A DNA stretch of 64,000 bases from Chrysemys picta bellii (Eukaryota), in assembly GCF_011386835.1 (NCBI RefSeq), contig NC_088791.1:207328001-207392000 (forward strand), in the 5' to 3' direction. Both the position numbers and the translations under genes were made by a program. The notes beneath the pieces are model-generated. The model had not been told where the DNA came from, made no database searches, and saw nothing but the letters and a program-made list of their open reading frames with translations. Below, in pieces: positions 13,494 to 25,803 of this stretch. Positions within the stretch are counted from its first letter, which is position 1, and each line of letters starts with the position of its first letter.

Positions 13494-14816
13494 GTCTGCT
13501 GGCCTTATGGTTTCTTTGTGTCTCACACACACAGCTGCAATCAGTCACTCCCCCGAACCCTCCATTTGCAATCAGTCTCTAGGGAAGCCCTTCAGCCCAT
13601 ATGGTTTAGCGGCTGCTCAGGCCTTGCTATGCTCCACAAGGCTTCTGTTGCTTCAACTATCACTAAAGAAAAGGGAATTTAGTTGCTCCTTCCATTTAGC
13701 CTGAATTAAGGGTGTTTAGTACATCCATTAACTTTAATCAGGATTGAGATTGATCTATAGATCAAAGACATGCATGAAGGTAGCTGGTAACATCTTCCAG
13801 CGTCGCAGTACTGTGATCATGAGGATGAAGGTACAGTGGGCTCAGTTAAAAGTTCCTTGCAGTTTTAGAGGTATTGCTGGTTGCAAATGTATCTCCTATA
13901 CGTAACATGAGGAATAGCACTGGAACCAGTTATATTTCTAAAACTGCAAGGAACTTTAAATGTTAATTTCACTGATTTTATTATTTTTAGTGCCATAAAG
14001 TGAGTATGACTTCTCTTTAATTTTAAATCTGATCTGGATCCTTGATAAACTAAATTACCTTATTTTTATGGCTGTTTGAAGTATGCTATGAGAGAGATGC
14101 AACTTTATTTAGTTATTCTAGTGGGTCATTCCCTCATTGTCTGTGTAATTGAAATCTATGATGTATTTTTTGCCCTTCATTGTACACACTTTGCTTATCT
14201 GCATAAAAGATTTCCAGATATGCATCTTTATAAAGCTTTAGATATGTGATTATTTCCTATGATCACTTTCTCCCTCTTTTTTTTTTTTTTTTAACTACAT
14301 GAAAAATGTCTGTGTTGTCGTGCTGTGCTGCATATGACATTTCTTATCTCAGGCAATATTGTGCTTCCTAATCCATTTTCTACTCCTTTCCTGCCCTGTT
14401 AAGTCTCACCTTTCTTTAGACTGACAAATCAGGAAGCTCTCTAGGAAATACAAATGCCAAAGTGTCAGTTATGCCATTCATATTATATTACAGTTGTTAT
14501 ATATTTACATGCATTTCTCCAATCTTGTTTCTGATGTGGTTTGTTTGTTTGCTTTTCAACACCTGACATTTCTTTGCACTGCCAATTTTGCTTTCTTTTC
14601 ATTTTAATGGTCATCCATTCTTTTGTCCACAGACATTTCACAATCTGAGTATCGTTTATAGCATTAAAGCCTACAATTTCACTGAACAAACAAACACTGT
14701 TGTAAACAAATGGAGGGAAATGAATTTAGTCTTTTCAGCAAAGGGTGGCTGTAGCTGCTCAGCCTGCTCTGATTTGGTATACCCCAAACTCAAAATGGCT
14801 ACTCACCCAGAGATAA

Positions 14817-15570
14817 GAGCTAGCAGGAGCTCGAGATTTCCACTTCATAGGAAATTGCAATATTTAGAAATTTTGTTTTGTTCCAATTCAGAATGATAAC
14901 AGATTTTTCAAAATTTCTCATGAACTAAAAATCAAAAAAGCAATCATGTTCTAAAACACTGCTTCATGGTGTTTCTGAAATGAACTACAGTTCCTCAGAC
15001 CCTCGCAGCTACTGATTGAAATTCACATTCTTGTCATGTTCAATGCTGGTCTTCAAAAGCAGCAGTGAAATCGCCAAGACTGTCAAGTTCAGTCGGTAGC
15101 TACTGGAGCTCCCTGGTTCTGGGGCAATTCCTCCATGCAGAATGCACTGGGACTGAGGACCCTAAGGCTTCAAGACTCTCAGACCATCTGGTTCCCAGGG
15201 CAGCATAGAAAGGCAGATGTCCTGGGAGTCTGGAAGCATGGGGTCCCCAGCTCTGTGAAGTTTGTTTGGCAGTGCTACCCTGGAGCTGTTGGCCCTGAAA
15301 GTCTATCCCTGGACTTCCAGGGTCCTAGCTTTGTGTCAGAGTCTGCAAGCCCTAAGAGATCCCAGGTTTTCCACGCTCCTTGCTTCATGGCAGGGAGCTT
15401 GGAAGCACTGAGTTCCCTGGCTCCAACAGGAGTTCTCAGAACTTCCACACTCCCAGCTGCAGATCCGGAAGCCAAGTCCTTGTTAGAAGTTGGGCTGCAA
15501 GACTTTTTCAGGGTGCGGGATGAGAAGGGGCAGATGACTAAGCTGAATCTTTGCACTTTAACGTTTTCTG
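14817..15570. repeat. Unclassified interspersed repeat with GC-rich core; related to the copy at about 33801-34500
   Basis: Shares CAGCAGTGAAA..CAAGA..GTCAA and CCTGGGAG/CCCAGG-rich segments with 33801-34500; AGAGCT-type terminus. Confidence 0.35.
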
Positions 15571-17134
15571 AGTCAAAAATATTGACCTATTGTTTCAGTC
15601 AATGTTCTTAATTTTTCTAACTGGTCTCTTGCTTTCACATTTACAAGTTTGAAAAGACTTCAGTCCAGATCCTTGCCTCACTAAGGCTACATTGTGCTGC
15701 TCTGAATCCCCAGGTGGCATAGAGCTTGAGATAGACCAGGTGTAAGGGGTGCATGGCTGGGAAAGGCTGGAACTTACTTGTGCTGTAGTGATCCCTGACT
15801 GTTGTAAACGCACTTGTGCCATATACAGCAGCACCAAAATTTATAACCACTTTTGCTTCCTGTTCTCACCTCTCACCACCCGAAACAGGCAGGCCCAAGG
15901 ATCTTATTCATATATTTCATTAGATACACTGAGTACAAAAAACAATGACATACAATTCACATTTAAAGATGGCAATTCTCCTCTTGTCTTCTCTGTTTAT
16001 GCTGAAGTGATTCAGACCTCAGGTGCCACCTGACACAGGACTAACCAACTGATGCTCAGTTAGGATGAATATTTTACCAGCACACCATTATACTGTTCCC
16101 TGATTGGTTGAATTAAAATGAATATACAAATAAAACAAAAGAGTTCCTATTGTCTCTGAAGCTAGTTATCAGCTCCTTTTAAAGTTATGATGTTCACTTT
16201 ATGACTGACAGACACACTATTCTGAGTTGGCATCAGATATGAAAATAATGAATGAATCTAAATAAACCCCCAAATGATAAAAAGTTAAAAATATGCTTTT
16301 CTTACCAACACCAAGAGTTGTAATTATAGTGAATGTATGTGCTGAATTGATGGTTGAGTCTGAAGAAAGTCTGTAAAATATTTTCAGTCTGGAGGGTGTG
16401 AAGAGCTGTGTAAGGAGGGAAGAGAAGAATATACAAAATTATTTGGTTCTGGTGTTTGTGGGCTTTCCTAGGGGAGAATAAAGTAATAGTGTAGCTCCTA
16501 CAGCATAGCAGTGATTACAAAGCATTGCTTATGCCAGTGTTTTCAAACTTGGTGCCGAAAGCTAGGTACTGATATCTGAAATTTTCAAAGGCATCCAAGG
16601 GGGCTAGGTGCCTACCTTTCACTATAAGGGAAATGTGTGCCTTTGAAAAACCTCTCCCTACATCCATAACTGGGTACCTAAATAAGTGTTCCAGTTTTCA
16701 GTGGAGCTGAGCTTCTACAGCTTATGCTTACTTTGGCCAGGATTTTAACAATGGCTGCCTATACTTAGGCTCCTAAATCCTTGTATTGCCACCTAACCAT
16801 CAATTTAAGCCTAACTTTAGGCATTCTGTTGTGAAACTCCTGGGTGTCAGTGCTTCTAACATCCCTCTTGGTACTTCTGCCTCAGCTCCACTGCACATGA
16901 AGGTTTACATTATTAAAATAAAACTGGTACGCACGTCCTGAATCCTTTGTGATTTCTGTATTCTCTCCTTTGGTTCTGCAGTCCTCCTCCTTCAAACCTT
17001 TGCCTAGCCCAGTTTCCTGGTTCACCGCCCTGCCTGACCGCTCTCCAGAGATTAGAATGTATTGTGCTTTGGTCCATTCTCACTCATTCTTTAGCTTGCT
17101 TGTACTTGGTGTTAAGGGTGTCAACTGCAGTAAT

Positions 17135-17511
17135 AAGAACAGGAGTACTTGTGGCACCTTAGAGACTAACAAATTTATTTGAGCATAAGCTTTCGTGGGC
17201 TACAGCCCACTTCTTCGGATGCATAGAATGGAACATATATTGAGGAGATATATATACACATACAGAGAGCATGAAAAGGCGGGAGTTGTCTTACCAACTC
17301 TGAGAGGCCAATTAAGTAAGAGAAAAAAACTTTTGAAGTGCTCTCTGTACGTGTATATATATCTCCTCAATATATGTTCCATTCTATGCATCCGAAGAAG
17401 TGGGCTGTAGCCCATGAAAGCTTATGCTCAAATAAATTTGTTAGTCTCTAAGGTGCCACAAGTACTCCTGTTCTTTTTGGGGATACAGACTAACACGGCT
17501 GCTTCTCTGAA
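17135..17511. mobile_element. Penelope-like inverted pLTR insertion (137-bp arms) carrying hammerhead motifs
   Basis: Arms 17135-17271 and 17339-17475 differ at only 2 CpG-transition sites; 67-nt spacer. 12-bp TSD AACTGCAGTAAT at 17123-17134 and 17512-17523. The ORF track gives the same peptide start on both strands. Confidence 0.88.
17388..17427 (+). ncRNA. Minimal type-I hammerhead ribozyme-like motif (variant core, U4C) in the DMD sense strand; mirror copy on minus strand at 17183-17222
   Basis: GCAU-CCGAAGA-A-GUGGGC(UGUA)GCCCAU-GAA-AGCU-U-AUGC: 4-bp stem I (GCAU/AUGC), CUGANGA-like core, 6-bp stem II, GAAA, palindromic stem III AGCU. Confidence 0.6.
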
Positions 17512-19815
17512 AACTGCAGTAATGGGTATTATGCAGAAAACTGTGCATTGGGTACTGGACTGTAATCCATGTGCTCATTCATATATGCCACTGAGCAACT
17601 CTTGGATAATCATGATCACTCCTGTTCTGGACTTGATTTTAACTGGCAGCCTCTCTGGCTCCTTACCAATGTCCTGGAGCCACCCTCCCCCACTCTTCAT
17701 CTTTGAACACAGAAGGAAGGAGGTTTCTCCTCTCCTCAGTCCACTGCCATAGTCTGTAACCATGCTTAGAAACAAATTTTATAAATAGGGCAACTAATAT
17801 ACAGGGAAGGGGGGGGGACTTGAATTGGATCAAATAGTGTTCTGAATATATAATATACACCCTTGAATTTTAATAATGATTAATTATTGTAGATATTTCC
17901 AATGTTTGTTTAGAAAAAACAGTATTTCCTAAATACTGAGGTTTTTTTAAATATCACTTGTCAATAAATATTGACAATCTGCCACTATTACTAGAAGTTT
18001 TATTTAAAAGTCAAAAGTAGATAAATGCTAACTGTACAAGCTACATATTGGACAAAATCTAGAAAAGAAAAATAATCTACCCTGGTATTCTATGAATTCA
18101 GAATAAAGAGAGGAGAAAAAAATCCAAACATACATTTAAAAGGTTATCACTAAAGAATAGGTTAGCATTGCACTTGTGAACCTTTCTCCCAAAGGCTTTA
18201 TAGATTCTTATGGTTCACCAACCAAATGTCAATAGACCAATCCACCACAGCCACCTTTGCTGTAACTGCTGCTGTTCCTGTGTCTAGCATTTCTAATCCA
18301 CTATCCATCAAAACAGAACAATATAGTGTCAGAACTCATTGCTAACTGGACTAGTATTAGTATTAAACAAAACACCAGCTCCCTGTCTGCTACTGTTACT
18401 TGTCCACGGTTACTCAAATAATTAAATGACAAAAATTTGCATTAATCAATTTGGCTCCTATTAAATCTGTGGCTGAAGAGTTCCTAGCTATGGTAGGAAT
18501 TCTAGGCTGAATCATGTTTGTGTCATACAGGCACAATTATATTGAATGCAGAGAGGTCTACTAAAAAGAGAATCATAAGTATACACAAGGGGTGGGTATG
18601 AGCTACAAAGCTTGGATCTAAATTTTCACAGATTTAAAGGTATTGGATATGGTGTTTTGATTCCAACCCATCTCTTATATACACACATAGGAATGAATTC
18701 TTTCTTGTCATTCTGGTTGGTGTACAATCCATGTTGATATACTGGAATAAGGATTTTTGCTAACTTTGACCTTCTATTGCCACATAACTATTTACTTCAT
18801 TTGGGGATTCTGGCTCATATCTGGTCCAACTTAGTAGTGATCAAAACTGTTACCACCTAATGGATTTTGGTAGCATATCTGAAATCTGTTGGTGGTCTCA
18901 ATCATATTCTCCTAAATGGGGAATCACATAAATAAATCAGATCTGCCCTGAGTGTGAGGCATTTGATGTCTCTTTAGAAAATCCCAGTCTAAATTCATTG
19001 TTCCCGGGGCAGGAGTCTCTTGCCCCAATAACTGAAATTTATTGGAAGATCTGTAAATGAATCTTGATCTGTTTCTGAGGATATGATATTTTTGGGTAAA
19101 GGTGAAGCGTCACTCGAGCTTCATGACAGCCTTACCAATCTCCATAATCCTTGAATTCAGAGACCTTGCCTGCTATAAATCATTTATATTTTAATCCTGT
19201 CCAGCAATTCATGTTACTCTCCTGTGATTGGCAGTAAACTTGAAAACAGTGTCCTGGGGTTTAGGTAATGAATTGTTATGCTTACCTTTCCCAGAGGTGT
19301 TTCAAGGTTTCCCCAGGCAGCTGGCTAATCAGACTTTGCTCGGCCTGATTAACCAAGATAAGAGTATTTTATTTAAGAAATAGTTTCATAACAAAACTAC
19401 GCTACTCATCTCCTCCATCTCAAGATTAAGGCATATTGGAAAAAATTACTTGTAAATGCCATTTTTTGGTCTGTATTTTATAAAAAGGATTTTTTTCTAC
19501 TCTGCCTTCATTGACAAGAAGCCTGAAAATGAAATTCTGTGAAAATAAGGAATATTCTATAATTGTTAGTAATGTGCTGGGTTTTTTCTCTTGAGAAGGA
19601 AATATGAACTCGAATTTTTCACAGATAGGGAAATCAATATGTTTTTTTCTGAAACACTATTTTTTTTCTGAAATTAATAACAATTTGGGGAGTCTTGAAA
19701 GCAATCTTCACTGTGCTATTCAAGGATGCGGATGTATAAATGTAGTTGCACTACTTATAACAAATGGAAAAGTCTCAAATTCATCTATAGAAATTAATGT
19801 GTGTATGTGTGTACG

Positions 19816-19850
19816 TATATCTATATCTATATCTATCTATATATATATAT
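19816..19850. repeat. (TATATC)n/(TA)n microsatellite
   Basis: tatatctatatctatatctatctatatatatatat. Confidence 0.9.
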
Positions 19851-20945
19851 AAAGTTGCTGTGCTGTCTGTCTCAGAAAGATCTTCCCAAATCAAATAACT
19901 TCCTCCATAATGGAACACAGCAGCTGCTTATTTGTCCTCAGCCTTCACATTGAGAGATGACTCCAAAGGTTTCTTTAGAGATTATTAATTAAAAATTGCT
20001 ATGACAACCAATGTCATTGTGTCCTGCTTTGCATTATTATCATTTTAAATATTTATATTATAATAGCACCTAAGGCTCTCCAATCAGGAGAGGTGCCCAA
20101 ATGTGTTAGGTGCTGAACAAACATATGTGAAGACACACAGTGCCTGCAAGGAATAGTTTACATTATAGAAATTAATATATCTTATACTTACATTGGAGAT
20201 AAGATAGAACTTATTTAATGTAAATTGATTTAATTATTGCATATTTTGAAAGTTCCTTCTAAACAGCTGTGTTTTCAAAAGTGCCTACATCCCATTTACA
20301 AACACGACTTATGCACTTAGCTGCCTAAGTCCCATTGATATTCACTGGAAGTCATAAACATTTGGTAATTATCACCAGAGCTATTAATTTTTCCACTTCA
20401 GTGCTTTGTAGGTATTAATATTTTTAAGCGGGAACAATCTATTTATATGCTGTAATATGCCCTAAAGAATTACATGAAAGATAGAATTCACAGTATGCTA
20501 CTTTGAACAATGTTGTGTTAAGCAGCTATAGTAACCCAGAGTTTTATGTATTGTGTTGGAATTTTTCAGTTTTAGTTTTCTTTATTTCCTTCTTAGTGTC
20601 TCTCTGGATATCTGACTTCTGTAGTTGGAGATCAAGAGGTTTTCACATTTACAGAACTCAGAATTCAGTTTTGCTTCTGCCATCTATATAATTCAAAATG
20701 AGATTCTCAAAATGTCATTAAAAAGTACAAAATGTGCTTTAGTAGTTAACATACAATAGCAGAGTTACCTATAATGTATCAAATCTTTCTACTTCTTGAA
20801 AGCTACTCTGCCACCAGGTTGATACCAAAAGTGAATAGAATCAACCACCAAATGAATCTAGGCATATATTTGTTCAGGGGATTGAGAGGAAAATCTTATT
20901 TTGAGAAAGGAAGATGTGCGAAGATAGGGACAGATATAACTAAAA

Positions 20946-21127
20946 CAGGGGTTCTCAAACTGGGGGTCGTGACTCCTCAGGGGGTCGCAAGGTTACTGTG
21001 TGGGGGGTGGTGACCTGTCAGCCTCCACCTCCAAGCCATGATTCACCGCCAACAGTTATAATAGTGTTAAATATAAAAAAAAGGTGTTTTTAATTTATAA
21101 GGGGTTCACACTCAGAGGTTTGCTGTA
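20946..21127 (+). mobile_element. One-ended fragment of a hAT (Charlie-type) element
   Basis: CAGGGGTTCTCAAACTGGGGGTCG terminus; no matching right TIR found. Confidence 0.6.
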
Positions 21128-21486
21128 TACCATTTTCTAACCTAAAGGTTATTTAACCTTTGAGCACTCTCCTCCCACCTTCATTGATTTCTACAAAATG
21201 TTCCTTTCTACCAGAAATATGTTGTCTGTTGACAGAGGATAACTTGTTGACAAAATATGAACTGCCTATGACAAGCCACTTATGAAATATGAGGCTTATA
21301 AAATTGGCTGGTATATCACTTTATGAAAAGCCTGACTTCTTTTTGACATTGGATACATTGGCTTAGAAGCTCCCAGTTTTGTTACATTCAGGAGTCCTCA
21401 ATAAGAACAAATACATGGATTAACTTAAGGTGATTTGCTACAGAAAATCAAAACTCTGAGATCCCTCTAAAATCTTAGCAGTGCTA

Positions 21487-21722
21487 CCCTGTTTCCCCGA
21501 AAATAAGACATCCTCCGAAAATAAGGCCTACTTACAGTTTTGCCTCTCGTTGTAATATAAGGCATCCCCCCGATAATAAGACCTCCCCGATAATAAGGCA
21601 TCCACCGATAATAAGGCATTTTTCATTTCTGAAAAATAAGACATCCCCTGAAAATAAGACCTAGCGCATCTTTGGGAGCAAAAATTAATATAAGACACTG
21701 TCTTATTTTCGGGGAAACAGGG
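21487..21722. mobile_element. Tc1/mariner-superfamily (Tc2/pogo-like) MITE
   Basis: Perfect 24-bp TIR CCCTGTTTCCCCGAAAATAAGACA / TGTCTTATTTTCGGGGAAACAGGG; TA TSD at 21485-21486 and 21723-21724; about 7 direct copies of a GA(A/T)AATAAG motif. Confidence 0.88.
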
Positions 21723-23123
21723 TAATTATTTTCTTAATAAATCTCACATAAATTACAAAGATCAGCTGGGAAGGCAGAAGGAGGGGATCATTTATTATTT
21801 AGGGTTTTTGATTGTTCTTTTTTCAAGTTCTGTAGCTGAATCCCAGATTCTTTCTGCACCTGATGAACCATGTTAACCAAATAGCTGAGGGTTCAAGAGG
21901 CACAACATTACATAATATATTAAAATGAATGATGAAATTAGCATTGAGTTTCCACTCTCTAGTACCTCTCAGTGGTAGATTAGGCTCTAGAACTAGCACA
22001 ATTCTGTTTTGCAGGCTATGTTTCCAAAAGCCACTCGTGATTTTTGGATGCCACAATTTGAGTGTTCAACTTTTCACCTTAAAAGGCTCTGGTTTATAGA
22101 ACACAGCTCTCTGAAGATTATTTGCTATGTAATATGTTTCAGGTTGTGCTCCCAAAATCACTAGTCACTTTTGAAAATGTATAAGTCTCCAGCAGTAGTA
22201 GCTTTTCAGCAGTGACTTGAAAATGTACATTGAAATTATAATGGGTAAACTTCTCAGAGTTTGAGAACAGGTTTTGCAAATGGTGTGAAGTCTTCTTGAG
22301 CCATAGTACTTGGTTTTTGTTATTTAAGGTTGTAACTGTTTCCATTTTAAATTCTGTTTTGACCGCCAGTCTAACTTTTTCAATACATTCTTTTTTTGAT
22401 ACATTATTTTTTTCAATACATTCTTTGTTTTGTCTCTAGCCTGACAATTTTTGGGAAAGTTTGAGGCTATTCAGAAAGGGTCATTTCTGAACATAGGACT
22501 TAAATAAAGGTGTTTTTAATTTTTTGGAGAGCTTTCCAATACTTTTTGTCTAAAGCATCATCTCAAAAATGGGTTGATCTAGAAACTCTGAGAAACTTTC
22601 TTAAATATTCTAGTTTTTAGGAATAATTTTTAAAGGGCGTATGGATAATTCTGAGAGGTGTCATGTTTCTCTTGAGTTGGCAAGTTGTTGTTTTTTTTTC
22701 TTGGACAGCTTAAGGATCTTAAAATTGTCTACATACCTGGTGGTACTTTTAAGCTCCGCCAGGCAAATAGCTGATTAAAAGAATAGTTTTACTCAGGTGT
22801 CAGGGCAGAATCTGAATGCAATAGGGTAGCACAGGTCAACAGAAGAGAGTGTTTTCCTACAGAAAACACTATTGCTGTGATGATTCAAGATTTGGGCATA
22901 GAGTTTAGAAGAAAGAAAAGAAAAATGACAGCCAGATTGACTTTCAGATCCCTAGTTGATTTTTCCATGTCTGGCAATAGATGATCAACTACTTCTTGTG
23001 ACTAAATAATCCAAAGAATATAGCCTCTTTTCCCCCTGATTGCCAGTCTATCCTGATATCTGCACATTGTAATTATTTGTGTATTTGCCTAATAAAATGG
23101 ACAAACCATTCTCAGCATATGGG

Positions 23124-25803
23124 TATCAGGATGCGGGGACTAGAACCTAGGATTGCAGAGCCTGGGACCACTGACATTCTCACAGTGCCGCGCAGAGGCA
23201 CATCCAGGAAGTACTGTGGATAATAGGTGCCATGGGGAGTACCACCAAAGGGAGCTAGACAGGACCTTTGGCCTTCTGGTTGGACAACTTCCCTATTTAA
23301 CCCTAGAGGGTCTCCCTGGAAGTTGTCTGGACAACAATTTAGACTTCAGGCCTCCTGCAACTCCTGACCTCCGGCTTCCAATCATACCCTGACTCTGACC
23401 ATGACTCTTGTTTCCAGATTGTAGCCTCCTACTGCCTCCCCTCTCCAATTTCCAACCCCAGCCTGACTTTGACCCCAACTCTTGTTTATTGAATCTGGCT
23501 CTGGTAATTCCTCTGACCCCTGCTCAATTACTGCCGTCCCTGACATATGGACTCAAGCCCAGCTGTGACTGCTAGGCCAGAGCGCTTATGTCCTGGTATC
23601 TTACAGTTTGCCCAGATCCACTTCCGACCCCTCTATAGAAGCCCCTTAACAGGGATATGGAATGGGTGGAGTCTACCATCACCCACGGGACCCCATAGGA
23701 TACCAGACCTGCAGGAGTGGGTTTGGAAACTGGTTTTTGAAACTGCCACAAGTTCAGGGGATTCATGAATCAGTGTTATTGCCTTTTCCTGCTCCACTCT
23801 TGAATGTACCAGGCCAGGGTGGAACTTAGTGATGAGTTGACTAGTTGGAGAAGGCTTGTGTACTAGAATGCCTTCCTGCCAGCATTTCCTGAAATTTACT
23901 ACAACCCTCATTGTGCTCACTCAGCAGAAGCCACACTTTGAAGGCTTCAGCAAGGGGAAGGGCCAGTGGCCTCATGTCCAGTTCCATTGATTCGCAGCTG
24001 ATGTCGAGTGCAATTGAGGCAGCCCAACTGCATCGCTTTCGGTGTGGATTAGTGAGGAAGTAAAAAATGAGCCAACCCGTGTTGAGAGCCTGACCTTCTT
24101 AGATGCTTTCACTGATATCTCTCTTTGCATTGATAACTGGCTTCGTGAATGAAAGGAGAAGAGGAGGGGCACCCTGCCACCACTTTATCCACACCAAAAC
24201 CCCCAGGGTCCAACTATTAACTGGTGCAGGTTGATCTGGGCCACTGATGGTTGACCCTGGAAGAAAAGGAATGGTGACGGCATAACAACATATGCTTTTA
24301 TTGTGAAGCACAAACACATGCCGTTGCCTCTTGCCTATTTTGGATGTCTACCTGAAAGAAATTGGGAAATGAGTGAGCCCAGGCCATATAGGGCACTACG
24401 TTCCGACATTATCCCTAGCCCTCAAGAGAAACCTGATCCAGGATACCTGGGTCGTCCCCACACTTATGAGTACAAATAAAGTTACATACTACAGATGGGG
24501 CCAAATTGATTTACCCCTCAGTGGACCCTGATTAATTCCAGGTCTACCAGTGACTTCATAGATGGTAAAGCCTCTTGAGTGCTACAGTTCCCACTCAATC
24601 TAAGCTTACATCAGTCCTTGTAAAGATGATAGATGGATCCCTCCTGTCCTTAGGGTCAGTGACACAGGAAACAGTACCCCCAGAGGCTGTAATCCCAGCC
24701 CACTTGGGAAGTGCTACAGTTCAATGTGATCCATTCGCCACACTTCCCTCTAATACTTGGCATTGCCAGTTTGAAGGAGCATGTCCCTTTCATCTCCTCG
24801 TGAGAGAAGAGGATCAACTTTCCCTCTGAATACTACCCAGGGGACTGCCAGCATGCAGCCGGCCCCAACCCTCTGGTCCTGGACTCCTGCAGCCAAAATA
24901 TTGGGATCATGCGGACGTTTTTGAAAAGAAAAATGCAGACATGCTACCTCTGCACTGGGATTATGACTGACACATAGACCTCCAATCTGAGGAGAAGGTC
25001 CCATGTGGACATTATGCAATGTCAATGCCCTTCATGCATACATCCAGGGCAACCTGGCCCTGTGCTTCATCTGGTGTTCCACCTCCCTAGCAGAGGCTCT
25101 GGTCCTTTTAATTACGAAAAAGAATGGAATGCTATTGCATTGTGTAGACTAGTGGGCCTTAAACCAGGTGATGGTCCAAAACCGGTATCCCCTGTCCTTA
25201 ATCTGGGAGTTATTAGATCATGTGTGATCTGCCAGAATTTTCACCAAACTGGACTTCCAGGATGCTTACAACCTTGTGGTCATCAGGGCTGCAGACAAAT
25301 TGAAGATTGACTTTCAAACCCACTCTGGGCAATTTGAATATTTAGTAATGTCATTCAGGTTGACCAGTGCTCCCACAACTTTTCAGCGGTTTGTGAGCGA
25401 CGTGTTTAGAGACCTCCTGGACCAGTATGTAGTCAACTATCTCAATGACGTACTTGTGTTTTCAGACAATTCTGAGCAGCATTGTTACTACATTCATTCC
25501 ATCCTTGAAAGATTGCTGAAGCAAACATTGGAAAAATGACCAGTTCGCCACAGAATTCTTGGGTTACATCCTTTCCCCTGAGGGCATCAAGATGGACCTC
25601 CCAGAAGACAGAGGCCATCCAGCCTGATACTACCTCTCATCTCCAATCTCTGACCCCAGCCTGACTTTGACCCCGACTCTTGCATATTGATCTCAGCTCT
25701 GGTGATTCCTCCGAACTCTACTCACCGACTACCATCCCTGACATTTGGACTTCAGCTCAGCTGTGACTGTTAGGCCAGACTGTGTATGCCCTGGTCCCTT
25801 ACA
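23124..25803 (+). mobile_element. Degenerate Ty3/Gypsy (sushi/Tf1 chromovirus-type) LTR retrotransposon with internal deletion
   Basis: 5-bp TSD ATGGG (23119-23123 and 25804-25808). 5' LTR 23124-23605; partial 3' LTR about 25620-25803; both end CTTACA. Gag remnant with CCHC knuckle CFYCEAQTHAVASC (24293-24334). RT remnant FTKLDFQDAYNLV...GQFEYLVMSFRLTSAPTTFQRFVSDVFRDLLDQYVVNYLNDVLVFS (about 25230-25600, YLDD changed to YLND). No RNase H or integrase seen. Confidence 0.9.

Noticed and set aside
15135-15611. 158-aa ORF
   Set aside because: Lies in the GC-rich core of an interspersed repeat; no recognisable domain or splice structure.
17195-17415. Two mirror ORFs with the same N-terminus on opposite strands
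   Set aside because: Artefact of the Penelope inverted repeat, not a gene pair.
21487-21722. CRISPR-like array of short direct repeats
   Set aside because: Spacing is irregular, there are no unique 25-45 nt spacers, it is bounded by TIRs and a TA TSD, and the context is vertebrate.
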